In this document: in pieces, positions 52,312 through 61,914 of the stretch
How positions within the stretch are numbered: position 1 is the first letter of the stretch
Layout: every line of letters begins with the position of its first letter
From: an uncultured Gemmatimonadales bacterium
GTDB taxonomy: Bacteria; Gemmatimonadota; Gemmatimonadetes; Gemmatimonadales; GWC2-71-9
Assembly: GCA_963695555.1 (NCBI GenBank)
Contig: CAVOGR010000001.1
Span: 224,001 to 288,000, forward strand
DNA length: 64,000 nucleotides
Reading direction: 5' to 3'
Program-made: the position numbers and the translations under genes
The notes under the pieces: model-generated
The model's database searches: none
Told to the model about the DNA's origin: nothing
Seen by the model: only the letters and a program-made list of their open reading frames with translations

Positions 52312-52572
52312 TCGCGAACTCCTGTCCTTGTTCGACTCAATCTCACGAATGATGTCGAAGGCGATATGTCATTACAACTTCCAATTATTCAACAGTAGCT
52401 ACAGCAGTCACGGTCACAAGATCATACAAACAATTATCTCATATGATCTTAGCTTGTCCTGCAGTCGTGCCACTCATTGTTAAGAATTAAGACGACCACT
52501 GTCGTCTAGCTCTGCCGGTTTTGCCGCCTGGGTCGTTTCCCGTGCGAACGGCGGAGCTTCTGAATAGCTCTA

Positions 52573-52588
52573 TGCACTGATCATTCCA
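52573..52588 (-). promoter_or_regulatory. Putative sigma54 promoter
   Basis: Minus strand TGGAATGATCAGTGCA (GG-N10-GC), ~260 bp before GH copy 2. Confidence 0.45.
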
Positions 52589-52745
52589 GACTGGTCAAGA
52601 GACGATAAATATATGATTTGTATACGGTTATCGGTTGGCTCCCGGTCAACTGGGGGCGTCGGAGATTGCCGGATTCCAGGAGTTTTTCCCGGTTTGAGAC
52701 CAAGTCGGAGGGAAACTTGTTCAGGTTCGGAGTCAGGCAGGCATT

Positions 52746-54062
52746 CCGTCCTACTGGGCGGCGATGGTGAGGACTCCGGTCGCGGGGATGCTGGTGACGA
52801 GGGGCTGGCCGGCGCCGAGGGTCACCGCGGGCCGGGCGGTGCGGAGCTCGGTGGCGGTGGTGTAGGTCACGATGTAGCTGCCGGCCGGGAGGCCGGTCAC
52901 GCTGAACGAGCCCCCGGCGCCGGCCTTGACCACGACTGTCCAGCGGCCGGTGGTGTTCTTGAAGGCCAGGGGCGCGAAGGTGCCGCTGGTGCTGGTGGCC
53001 TGATAGCGGACCGCGCCGAGCCGCACATCCCGGAAATATTGTTGCAGGTAGCGGGTCCGGCTGTCGGGCCGGATCACCGGCGCCGTCGGGCTGCTCACGT
53101 CGACGTGATAGTACGCCCCCCCGCCGTCATCGGTGTTGTTACACCAGCCCAGGATGAACTGCTGCCAGGCCGAGTTGCGCGCCAGGGTCAGATCCTGGTG
53201 CAGGTCCTGATAGCCACTGCCGATATGCTCCAGCATGCTGGTGCGGATCCCGGAGGCCTGGGCCCGCGCGCCGATGGTCTGCAGGTTCCCGGTGCTGACC
53301 CCGCCGTAGCGATGGTAGGCCAGGTCGGTGAGGTATTGGGTGGCCCGGGGCACCGCGATCAGCTGGTCGAAATAGGTGATGGCTCCGCCCATGTTGGCGT
53401 TGGAGGGGGCAATGAAATCGGGCCGGTACCCGGCCGCCGCCAGCCGGTCGCCCGCGGCCACCAAGGCCTGGCCGATCTGGGTCCCGGTCCACTGGGCATT
53501 GTCGGGCTCGAGCACGAGCTCCACGGCATCGGGGGTCCAGCCGTACCGGCTGGCCAGATGCTGAAACGCGACGAGGAGGAACTCGGCATACTCGGCCGGG
53601 GCCGTCTTGTGGAACAGGGTGCCCGCCCCTTGGGTGCTGAAATCGGTGTAGTTCAGGTTCACGTAGAGCTGCTCGCCCTGGGCCAAGAGCCGGGTCCGGA
53701 TCGGGGTGACCACGTTGTCGATGTAGTAGTCGAGCTCGGTGAAGTGGAAGCCGGCCGCGTTGGCGGTGGTGGGGCTGGTGTTGTCGTTGATCGTGGCGTA
53801 GCGCACGGTCCGCCACTCGGCGCGGGTGATCCGCCCCGCCTGGAGATCGGCGTAGTGGTCGGTCGGATTCTCGACGCCGCTCCGGATCGGGAGCCGCAGC
53901 CGGTTGATCCCCAGCTCGGTCACCACCCGGTCGTACAGCGGATTCCGGTAATTGGCGAAGGCGACCGGATCACACTCGTCCTGCCCCGCCTGGGCCGTCG
54001 CCTCCCAGCCCGTCATCGTCTGCAGCGCCGCCGTCGGCACCACCGCGACCACCGGCCCGCTG
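52746..54062 (-). repeat. ~1.3 kb near-identical repeat (GH core), copy 3
   Basis: Direct alignment with copies 1 and 2. Confidence 0.95.
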
Positions 54063-54433
54063 CCGGGCGGCACCACGACAACCGTCGCCGAGCCGAGCAG
54101 TCCGTCGGCGCTGGCGGTTACGGAGAAGTTGCCGGCGGTGGCCCCGGCGGTGAAGCTGCCGGACGCATTAATGGCGCCACCGGTGGCCGTCCAGGCCAGT
54201 GTTGGGCAGGCAACGGTCTTCCCGGTCGAGTCCAGGCAATCCGCGACGAAGCTCCGGGATTGACCTGGCTCCATTGCAGCTGCCTCGGGTGAGATCAGGA
54301 TGTGCGCCACGCTCGGACTGGGGCCGTTCAGGCCCGGGGCACCATCGCCGCAGCCGCCGCACGCTCCGATTCCACAGATGAGCGCGGCCAAACTGGCGCG
54401 GAATCTGCTGGTCTTACCACCCGTGAATGACAT
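52751..54433 (-). CDS. Lipoprotein: Ig-like domain + GH30-like domain (copy 3)
   Basis: Lipobox IGAC; WTATGG Ig motif; same catalytic core. Confidence 0.8.
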   Translation of the reverse strand: MSFTGGKTSRFRASLAALICGIGACGGCGDGAPGLNGPSPSVAHILISPEAAAMEPGQSRSFVADCLDSTGKTVACPTLAWTATGGAINASGSFTAGATAGNFSVTASADGLLGSATVVVVPPGSGPVVAVVPTAALQTMTGWEATAQAGQDECDPVAFANYRNPLYDRVVTELGINRLRLPIRSGVENPTDHYADLQAGRITRAEWRTVRYATINDNTSPTTANAAGFHFTELDYYIDNVVTPIRTRLLAQGEQLYVNLNYTDFSTQGAGTLFHKTAPAEYAEFLLVAFQHLASRYGWTPDAVELVLEPDNAQWTGTQIGQALVAAGDRLAAAGYRPDFIAPSNANMGGAITYFDQLIAVPRATQYLTDLAYHRYGGVSTGNLQTIGARAQASGIRTSMLEHIGSGYQDLHQDLTLARNSAWQQFILGWCNNTDDGGGAYYHVDVSSPTAPVIRPDSRTRYLQQYFRDVRLGAVRYQATSTSGTFAPLAFKNTTGRWTVVVKAGAGGSFSVTGLPAGSYIVTYTTATELRTARPAVTLGAGQPLVTSIPATGVLTIAAQ

Positions 54434-54529
54434 CGAACTTCCTTGTTTCTCGACCTGAAGAGCCGTAAGCTTGGCTCCCAGATGGCCTCAAGTCAATCCC
54501 AGTTTTCACGGCAACGTCATGGAGATTCG

Positions 54530-55429
54530 GTGAACGAGCTAGCACGCGAGAGGTCCACTTGGCGTGACGTGATTCTGCTGGCACGACCGCAGCAGTGGGT
54601 CAAGAACGGCTTCGTTCTGGCGCCGCTCTTGTTCTCGGGGCGAGTCCGGGAGCCGGAGGCAATCGGACTCGCGAGCGGAGCCCTCCTCGCCTTCTGTCTC
54701 GCGGCCAGTTCGGTGTACATGGTCAACGACGTAGTCGACCGCGTCACGGATCAGGCCCACCCCGCCAAACGACATCGGCCCGTAGCTGCGGGCCGTATTT
54801 CGACTCACACTGCACTCGGTATCGGGCTGGCACTGGCGCTCGCCGCGATCTTCCTGGCCTGGGCCGTGCACCCCACCCTGGTCGTGGTGGTCGCGTCGTA
54901 CCTCGGCCTGAACGTGCTGTACACCTTTCGACTCAAACAGGTGGTCATCCTCGACGTCTTTGCGATTGCCGTGTTCTTCCTGCTGCGGCTCCTGGCCGGC
55001 TCTGTTGCCATCGACGTCAGGCCGTCGATCTGGCTCATCCTGTGTGGCGGGCTGCTCGCCCTCTTTCTTGGCTTCGCCAAACGTCGCCACGAGTTGTTGC
55101 TGCTGGGCGATGAGTCGACCGATCACCGGAGCGTTCTCTCGGAATACAGCACCGCATTCCTGGATCAGATGTCCACCGTGCTCCTGGCGGTGACCGTTGT
55201 CACCTACATCATGTACACCGTGTCCACGGAAAAGGTGGGGGAAATTGGCTCCTACGCGCTGGTGTACAGCACCGGCTTCGTCCTCTATGGCGTATTCCGA
55301 TATCTGTATCTCGTCCATCAACGGGATGGCGGCAGTCCCACCGAAACCTTGCTCACCGATCGTGCGTTGCTTGCGGATGTGGTCCTCTGGGTGCTCTACT
55401 GCGGCTGGGTGATCTATCGGCCGGTCTGA
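54530..55429 (+). CDS. UbiA-family polyprenyl-phosphate phosphoribosyltransferase (DPPR synthase-like)
   Basis: RPQQWVKN, YMVNDVVD..D..HPAKRHRPVAAG, LFLGFAKRRHE, YGVFRY, SPTE..LTD; GGAG RBS before a GTG start. Confidence 0.88.
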   Translation: MNELARERSTWRDVILLARPQQWVKNGFVLAPLLFSGRVREPEAIGLASGALLAFCLAASSVYMVNDVVDRVTDQAHPAKRHRPVAAGRISTHTALGIGLALALAAIFLAWAVHPTLVVVVASYLGLNVLYTFRLKQVVILDVFAIAVFFLLRLLAGSVAIDVRPSIWLILCGGLLALFLGFAKRRHELLLLGDESTDHRSVLSEYSTAFLDQMSTVLLAVTVVTYIMYTVSTEKVGEIGSYALVYSTGFVLYGVFRYLYLVHQRDGGSPTETLLTDRALLADVVLWVLYCGWVIYRPV

Positions 55430-55430
55430 C

Positions 55431-56825
55431 ACGCTCGTCGGGCGGAATTTTTTCGCCCTGGGGCTCGGCGACGCGCTGGCGCGCGGTATTGCCTTCGGCG
55501 CAACAATCTACCTGGCGCGCGTTCTCGGCGTCGGGGGATACGGGGTCGTTGCTTTAGCGGCTGCTGTCACGCTCTATCTGGCACAACTTGCCGACTTCGG
55601 GGTCGAGACCCTCGGTATCCGTGAAGTCGCCGAAGACCCCAACGCCATCGATGAGCGCGCCCCACCCATTCTCCTAGCTCGAATCCTGATCGCCGCGGGG
55701 TTGATCGTGATCACCCTGCCGGTCGCGCTGCTCGTATTGCCGCAACCGGAAGGCGCCGTGATCGCGGCCTACAGCCTGACGCTCATTCCGATCGCCGCCA
55801 GCACCCGATGGGTCCATCTTGGCCTGGAATCGGCCCGCCCGGTCGGCATAGCGCGCACCATCGGCGAGTCGGTGATGATCGTTCTGGTGCTGATCCTGGT
55901 GCAACGAACTGGCGACATCTGGTCGGTGCCGTTGGCGCAGTTTGCGGGAGAGTCGGCGGCGGCCCTCCTGCTCCTGGGCTTACTCGCGCGCCGAGGCTTT
56001 CGACTTCGAGCCGTCTGGGCCCCCGAACGGGTGCGGCCTGTGTTCCGCCGTGCCTGGCCGCTCGTAGCCCATGGGTTGCTCGGCCTTCTCATCTTCAATT
56101 CGGATCTCGTGTTCCTGCGGCTGTTTCGCGACCTCGCGAGCGTCGGGTACTACGCCGCGGGTTATACCCTCATCAGCTTTCTGTTGAACCTGGGTGTGGC
56201 CTATGGCATGGCCTTGCTGCCGACCTTGACTCGGCTCGGGGCCAGGACGACCGAGGAGCGGAATCTCTACCACACGGCCCAGGCCCAGGTATTCACGACC
56301 GGCCTTCCCGTCGCCTTGGGGGGGGCGCTTCTTGCCGTCGAACTCATGCAGCAGGTGTTCGGCCTGAGCTACTTGCCGGCAGGTGCTGCACTGAAGGTGT
56401 TGATTTGGTCGGTTCCGGTCTCGCTCTTCCGCAATGTCGCCATTTCCGCGCTGGTCGCGCGCGGCCGCCAGGACCAGGTGCTCCGGACCACCACCGGCTC
56501 CACGGTGCTGAACGTGGTGCTGAATGTTCTCCTCATCCCGCGGTACGGGATCATGGGCGCTGCGTGGGCGACTGTGGTCACGGAGCTCCTCCGCACGATC
56601 CTGGCACTCCGATTCGCGGCAGAGGAGGGCCTGGTGGTCCTGCCACTTCGCCGGCTGGGGCGGGCCACGGTGTCGGGGCTAGCCATGGTTGCGCTCCTGA
56701 TTGTGTTCCGCCCAGCGAACCTCTGGGCGGCGATTGCCTTTGGTGGGAGCGCCTACCTCGGCGTCCTGACACTGGTGGGCGGGGTGCAGTTCCGTCGCGG
56801 CCAGCTGCCAGCCCTCCGGGTCTAG
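55431..56825 (+). CDS. wzx: Wzx/RfbX-type flippase; no canonical start codon found
   Basis: Frame open from 55413 reading ..VGRNFFALGLGDALARGIAFGATIYLARVLG...ADFG; VGYYAAGY, LIPRYGIMGAAWAT. Confidence 0.85.
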   Translation, partial: TLVGRNFFALGLGDALARGIAFGATIYLARVLGVGGYGVVALAAAVTLYLAQLADFGVETLGIREVAEDPNAIDERAPPILLARILIAAGLIVITLPVALLVLPQPEGAVIAAYSLTLIPIAASTRWVHLGLESARPVGIARTIGESVMIVLVLILVQRTGDIWSVPLAQFAGESAAALLLLGLLARRGFRLRAVWAPERVRPVFRRAWPLVAHGLLGLLIFNSDLVFLRLFRDLASVGYYAAGYTLISFLLNLGVAYGMALLPTLTRLGARTTEERNLYHTAQAQVFTTGLPVALGGALLAVELMQQVFGLSYLPAGAALKVLIWSVPVSLFRNVAISALVARGRQDQVLRTTTGSTVLNVVLNVLLIPRYGIMGAAWATVVTELLRTILALRFAAEEGLVVLPLRRLGRATVSGLAMVALLIVFRPANLWAAIAFGGSAYLGVLTLVGGVQFRRGQLPALRV

Positions 56826-56932
56826 GGTACCCCTGGCGCGCCCTTGTGGCGTCAATGCTACATAACGCTTGGCGACTGGTTGCCCTGAGGTCGATTGAGC
56901 ATCGGCGGTGTGCGGTGAATGAGGCCTACACG

Positions 56933-56948
56933 TGGTATGGCATTTGCA
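56933..56948 (+). promoter_or_regulatory. Putative sigma54 promoter (best match in the window)
   Basis: TGGTATGGCATTTGCA matches TGGYAYR-N4-TTGCW; upstream of the small ORF-sulfatase-cys operon. Confidence 0.7.
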
Positions 56949-57078
56949 AATCGTTTGTTGACCTGTGACATTTGACGGCCTGATCGAGGGCTCGAAAGCT
57001 GTTGTCACGCTGCCCCGCTCGGAGTGTTCCGTTAATGAGCCATCACCCGCATCCTTTCGCTGACGCCTCGAGGTAACC

Positions 57079-57243
57079 GTGGGATTGAATCTGTTGAACC
57101 TTGGACTCTTCTATGTCGGGCCTGAGACCCTTCTCCCCCTCACGTCGGTCCTGGGGGCTATTGGCGGTCTCCTCATGATCTTCTGGCGTCAGGTCACGGG
57201 AGCCGTCCGTCGGGTAGTGGGTCTCTTCAGCCGGAAAACCTGA
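57079..57243 (+). CDS. 54-aa single-TM small protein (YVGPE motif), missed by the ORF track
   Basis: GAGGT RBS, GTG start; MGLNLLNLGLFYVGPETLLPLTSVLGAIGGLLMIFWRQVTGAVRRVVGLFSRKT*. Confidence 0.75.
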   Translation: MGLNLLNLGLFYVGPETLLPLTSVLGAIGGLLMIFWRQVTGAVRRVVGLFSRKT

Positions 57244-57395
57244 CTGCTCGTAGTGCGAATCTGGCCCTACGGTGACTCTCTTCCTGCCTGTTTGATTTCA
57301 CCTCACCAACCCAAGCGGTGTGGTGAGCGTGGGTTCGTCGTCTCGGGTCTGTTCGGGATACCGAGAGAGCGACCGATCCAACGCGGGACCGAGCT

Positions 57396-59222
57396 GTGAC
57401 AGGCGCTGTCGGGGCACGTGAGCCTCGTCAAAGCGGTGTGCGTCCGTCACACCTCTTGGCTCTTGGCGCATGGCTGGGTTTGGCCTACGGCTTTCTGGAG
57501 GCACTCGAGTTCTTCGTTCTGGGCCTGGTGCCCGGTGCCCTTGCCTGGCGCAACGGGAACTCCGCGCCCGTCTTCCTCGTCGCGCCAGCATTCTACATGG
57601 CGCTTTATGCGTTCCTTGGCCTCCTGACAGCACTGCTTTCACGAGCGAGGCCCCAGTGGCGGTGGGACATCATCCTGGCCGCCGCGCTCGTCACGCTGTC
57701 GGGATACCTGGGCGCGAGCCTGCAGGGCCAGCTGTTCTCGCCTATGGTGTCCGTCATCTTGGGTGTTGGCATGGGCGCGGTGACCATTCGGACACTGCGC
57801 CGCCACGCGGCTCTGCTTCCCCGGGTGATTCGGTCCCTTCCATGGCTCACGGCAGGGGTCTTGGGCATCGGCGTCCTGGCGGTGGGCAGTGGTGTGGCAC
57901 GGGAACGATTGGCCCTCAGCTCACTCCCAGATCGCGCACCCGACGGGCCCAATGTGCTGGTCCTGGTCCTGGATACCCAGCGGGCCGATCATTTGGGTTT
58001 CCAGGGCTACCGCCGGCCCACGTCGCCCGCCATGGATTCCTTTGCGGCGCAGGGGACCATTTTCACGAATGCAATCAGCAACTCATCGTGGACGCTGCCA
58101 TCGCACGCTTCGCTGTTTACCGGTCGTCCGGTCAGCGAGCATCGGGCGGGTCAATTGCGCCGTCCGTTTCTCGGGCGCGCCTTTCCGACTGTGGCGGAAG
58201 CATTCACGAGGGCAGGTTATGTCACAGCGGGATTCACGGCGAATACGTTTTGGGCGGGACGCCAGACCCGGCTCAATCGCGGATTTGTCCACTGGGAGGA
58301 TTTCTATCGCAAGCCGGGTGACGCGTTGGTTCGCACCGTCCTCGGCCGGAAGATCGCCTACGAGTTCCTTCCCAAGTTCGGCCAGATCGACATTCCTGGC
58401 CGAATGCGCGCCGAGGACATCAATAATCGGCTCTTCCGATGGCTCGATCGAACCAAGCGCCGTCCGTTCTTCGCATTCCTGAACTATATGGACGTACACG
58501 GCCCGTACCTGCCACCAGCCTCCTACGCGGGACGATTTGGCGGGCCGCGCACCCACGTCGGAAAGACCATTGAACTTGGGGCCGTCACAGACGAAACAGC
58601 CCTGCCACCGCCCGAACTCCTACGGGATTGGGTCAATCAGTACGATGAGTCGATCCTGGCGCTCGATGCCGGTGTCGGCGCCTTGCTTCATGGCCTCGAG
58701 AGACGCGGCATCCTGGATAACACGGTAATCGTGCTGACCTCGGATCACGGCGAGAGTTTTGGCGAGCATGGCATGATTTATCATGGGAACGGGCTTCACC
58801 GGGATCAGGTGCATGTGCCGCTCGTTATCCGGTACCGGCCGGCCGTGGCAGCCGGTGTCCGTGAATCGCGCGCCGTGGGAATTCATCAGATCCCGGCGAC
58901 GGTCATGGAACTCGCCGGACTGCCGACGACAGCCTTTCCCGGACCCTCGCTCTTCACCGAGAGCGACGCTCCTGTCTTGGCGGAAGTCGGCTTCCGGCCG
59001 CAAGTACCAACGTCGTGGCCGACGGCACATGGGTGGGTCAAGTCACTGACGACCCGGCGCTGGCATTTTATCCTTCTCGAGAGTGGCCAGGTGGAACTCT
59101 ATGATCTCGCCGTGGACCCGGAGGAGACGACCGACTTGGCTGCTCGCCCCGAGCTTGCGGAGACGGTCGAGGAACTACGGACCCTGGTGGAACGCCGTGC
59201 GCCGGCGGATTTTCGGCCATGA
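57396..59222 (+). CDS. Membrane-anchored alkaline-phosphatase-superfamily (sulfatase-like) hydrolase/transferase
   Basis: ~5 N-terminal TM helices; [55 protein letters not shown]. Confidence 0.88.
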   Translation: MTGAVGAREPRQSGVRPSHLLALGAWLGLAYGFLEALEFFVLGLVPGALAWRNGNSAPVFLVAPAFYMALYAFLGLLTALLSRARPQWRWDIILAAALVTLSGYLGASLQGQLFSPMVSVILGVGMGAVTIRTLRRHAALLPRVIRSLPWLTAGVLGIGVLAVGSGVARERLALSSLPDRAPDGPNVLVLVLDTQRADHLGFQGYRRPTSPAMDSFAAQGTIFTNAISNSSWTLPSHASLFTGRPVSEHRAGQLRRPFLGRAFPTVAEAFTRAGYVTAGFTANTFWAGRQTRLNRGFVHWEDFYRKPGDALVRTVLGRKIAYEFLPKFGQIDIPGRMRAEDINNRLFRWLDRTKRRPFFAFLNYMDVHGPYLPPASYAGRFGGPRTHVGKTIELGAVTDETALPPPELLRDWVNQYDESILALDAGVGALLHGLERRGILDNTVIVLTSDHGESFGEHGMIYHGNGLHRDQVHVPLVIRYRPAVAAGVRESRAVGIHQIPATVMELAGLPTTAFPGPSLFTESDAPVLAEVGFRPQVPTSWPTAHGWVKSLTTRRWHFILLESGQVELYDLAVDPEETTDLAARPELAETVEELRTLVERRAPADFRP

Positions 59223-61099
59223 AGAAAGACGGAGCGACGGGAAGAATGAAGGCTGAGCCTCGGGAAGAGACGCCATCGGTTGCCACACGCGGGGCGACCG
59301 ACACGACTCCGCTGGAGCGAATGCCCATAGTCATTGCCGGGCATGTCGATCACGGGAAGAGCACCATCATTGGTCGCCTGCTCGCGGATACGGGCTCGCT
59401 GCCCGAGGGCAAGCTCGACCAGGTGCGAGCCTCGTGCGAGCGGAATGCGAGGCCCTTCGAGTACGCATTTCTCCTGGATGCGCTCAAGGACGAACAGGCC
59501 CAAGGCATCACCATCGACTCGGCACGCGTTTTCTTTAAGTCGGACCGGCGCTACTACATCATCATCGACGCCCCAGGCCACATCGAATTCCTCAAGAACA
59601 TGGTGACTGGTGCGGCACGGGCCGAGGCCGGATTGCTCGTGATCGATGCCCAGGAGGGCGTGAAGGAAAATTCACGCCGCCATGGTTACATGATGTCGAT
59701 GCTCGGCATCCCGCAGATTGCCGTGCTGGTAAACAAGATGGACTTGGTGAAGTACGACCGCCGGGTGTTTGATGAGATCGTCGCCGAGTACGGCGCATTC
59801 CTGCAGCAGATCGACCTGCGGCCGACCTATTTCATTCCGGTCAGTGGCCGGGAGGGAGAGAATGTCGCCCACGCGGGGGCTCACATGCCTTGGTACGAGG
59901 GCTCCACGGTGCTGCAGGCGCTCGACGAATTCGCAGCCCCTCAGCCTCCGGTAGACGGGCCATTCCGGATGGCGGTCCAGGGCGTCTACAAGTTCACCCA
60001 GCACGGTGATGACCGGCGGATCGTGGCCGGGACCGTCCAGAGCGGCACCGTGCATGTCGGGGACGAGGTGGTGTTCTATCCCTCCGGCAAGAAGAGCCAC
60101 GTCCGGTCGATCGAGGCGTTTCACCGGCCCGAGCAGCACGCGGCGAGGGCCGGACAGGCAACCGGCTTCACCCTCTCGGAGCAGATCTTCGTTTCCCGCG
60201 GCGAAATCGTGGCGCGGGCGTCCGAGGCACACCCGAAGGTGACCAGCCTCATCCGGGCAAATCTGTTTTGGTTGGGGAAGGATTCGCTGATCAAGAACAG
60301 GGACTACACTCTGAAGCTGGGCACGACTCGCGTGCCGATGCGCCTGGAACAGGTCCATCGGGTAATCGACGCCTCGGATTTGAGTGCCATGGCAGACACG
60401 GACCGGATCAACCGCCACGACGTCGCGGATTGTACCCTCAAACTGAAGCGGGACATCGCGTTCGATCTCGCAGAAGATATCGCAGCCACCAGTCGGTTTG
60501 TCGTGGTGGACGGCTACGAAATCCGCGGCGGCGGCATCATCCGGGAAGCGCTCGAGGATCAGCAGGCTTGGGTGCGCGAGAAGGTGCTCCTGAGGAACTA
60601 CAAGTGGGAGCCCAGCATCATCGCGCCGGAGCATCGTGCGGAAAAATATAATCAACGCTCGACACTCATGCTCATCACCGGCGCCCAGGAAGCCGACCGG
60701 AAGTCGGTCGCCAAGGGCCTCGAGTCACGGCTCTTCGATGATGGCCGGGTGGTGTATTTCCTGGGCATCGGCAACGTGCTCTACGGCGTGGACGCCGATA
60801 TCGAGCGGACGGTCGAGAACCGGCAGGAGCATCTCCGGCGGCTGGGCGAGATTGCCAACCTGATGCTCGATGCGGGCGTCATCCTGGTTGTCACTGCCGC
60901 CGAGCTCACGCACCAGGAGCTGCAGCTGATCCGGACGTCCGTCGGCTCGGACCGGATCGAGACGGTGTGGGTCGGGGAGAACGTGACGACCGACCTTGCC
61001 TACGATATTCTTCTGTCCGAGCATGAAACCGTGGACGAGCAGGTGTTCCGTCTCAAGAGCCACCTGCAGGAAGCGGGCATCATTTACCGGCCATGGTGA
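59219..61099 (+). CDS. cysN: Sulfate adenylyltransferase subunit 1 with a degenerate C-terminal APS-kinase-like domain
   Basis: [27 protein letters not shown]; the C-domain has [10 protein letters not shown] in place of the P-loop. Confidence 0.9.
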   Translation: MKKDGATGRMKAEPREETPSVATRGATDTTPLERMPIVIAGHVDHGKSTIIGRLLADTGSLPEGKLDQVRASCERNARPFEYAFLLDALKDEQAQGITIDSARVFFKSDRRYYIIIDAPGHIEFLKNMVTGAARAEAGLLVIDAQEGVKENSRRHGYMMSMLGIPQIAVLVNKMDLVKYDRRVFDEIVAEYGAFLQQIDLRPTYFIPVSGREGENVAHAGAHMPWYEGSTVLQALDEFAAPQPPVDGPFRMAVQGVYKFTQHGDDRRIVAGTVQSGTVHVGDEVVFYPSGKKSHVRSIEAFHRPEQHAARAGQATGFTLSEQIFVSRGEIVARASEAHPKVTSLIRANLFWLGKDSLIKNRDYTLKLGTTRVPMRLEQVHRVIDASDLSAMADTDRINRHDVADCTLKLKRDIAFDLAEDIAATSRFVVVDGYEIRGGGIIREALEDQQAWVREKVLLRNYKWEPSIIAPEHRAEKYNQRSTLMLITGAQEADRKSVAKGLESRLFDDGRVVYFLGIGNVLYGVDADIERTVENRQEHLRRLGEIANLMLDAGVILVVTAAELTHQELQLIRTSVGSDRIETVWVGENVTTDLAYDILLSEHETVDEQVFRLKSHLQEAGIIYRPW

Positions 61100-61884
61100 A
61101 ACCATTGGATGCGGGAGCGATGATCGAGATCTCTCACGAGAGCCTCCAGCGGCTCGACGCAATTGCCCGGGAGGCAGGCGCCGCGACGTTGCGGCACTAC
61201 CATTCCGATACCGTGGTGGAGGAGAAGGCGGACCGTTCCCCGGTGACGGCGGCGGACCGGGAGGCACATCGAATCATACAGGCTGCGCTCATCGCGTGGG
61301 ACCCGGCGGTCCCGGTGGTGTCCGAAGAGGGAACAATTCCGGACTACAGCGTGCGCCAAGGCTGGGAACGGTTCTGGCTGGTGGATCCGCTCGACGGCAC
61401 CAAGGAGTTCTTGAAGGGGAATGGCGAGTTCACCGTGAATATCGCCCTGATCGAGCAAGGGGTTCCCGTTCTGGGCGTCGTGTTCGCACCGGCACGGGGG
61501 CTCATGTACACGGCGGGTCGGGGGCTCGGGGCGTGGAAGCGTGACGGCCAGGCAGTCGCCAGCCGAATCCAATCTCAACCACCTGAGCCTGGCACACCGC
61601 TCACGGTGGTGGAAAGCCGCTCGCATCCGTCCGACGCCCTCGAGGCCTATCTCAAGACTATCGCGGTCGGCCGCCGCGTCCAGGCGGGCAGTTCACTCAA
61701 GTTCTGTTGGGTCGCCGAGGGCAAGGCCCATGTGTACCCGAGGCTTGGGCCGACCATGGAGTGGGATGTCGCCGCTGGGGATTGTGTCTTCCGGAATTCG
61801 GCGCCCTCAGGCGAGCGTACTTCGCCGCTACGATACAACATGCCCGATCTCCGTAACCCCTCGTTCGTGATAGGGATCGACTGA
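61093..61884 (+). CDS. cysQ: 3'(2'),5'-bisphosphate nucleotidase
   Basis: [37 protein letters not shown]. Confidence 0.93.
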   Translation: MVKPLDAGAMIEISHESLQRLDAIAREAGAATLRHYHSDTVVEEKADRSPVTAADREAHRIIQAALIAWDPAVPVVSEEGTIPDYSVRQGWERFWLVDPLDGTKEFLKGNGEFTVNIALIEQGVPVLGVVFAPARGLMYTAGRGLGAWKRDGQAVASRIQSQPPEPGTPLTVVESRSHPSDALEAYLKTIAVGRRVQAGSSLKFCWVAEGKAHVYPRLGPTMEWDVAAGDCVFRNSAPSGERTSPLRYNMPDLRNPSFVIGID

Positions 61885-61914
61885 CGACATGCGCACACCA
61901 ATCCGGCGCCGCCG

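Noticed and set aside
52508..52558. c-di-GMP-I (GEMM) riboswitch
   Set aside because: GGGAAAC and GCAAAACC fragments are present on the minus strand, but not in the required order or stem arrangement
48546..54062. Diversity-generating retroelement (TR/VR) explanation for the repeats
   Set aside because: No reverse transcriptase in the window; repeats are 1.3 kb whole domains; differences are mostly synonymous and not adenine-specific
50530..54292. Long plus-strand ORFs (50530-51930, 52613-54292, 48839-49897) and other long antisense ORFs such as 12169-13632, 14231-15598 and 6767-8173
   Set aside because: Shadow ORFs opposite well-supported genes, expected in high-GC DNA; no motifs
59219..61099. 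Translation elongation factor (EF-Tu/EF-1alpha)
   Set aside because: GTPase motifs are shared, but the cysD/cysC/cysQ context and APS-kinase-like tail identify CysN
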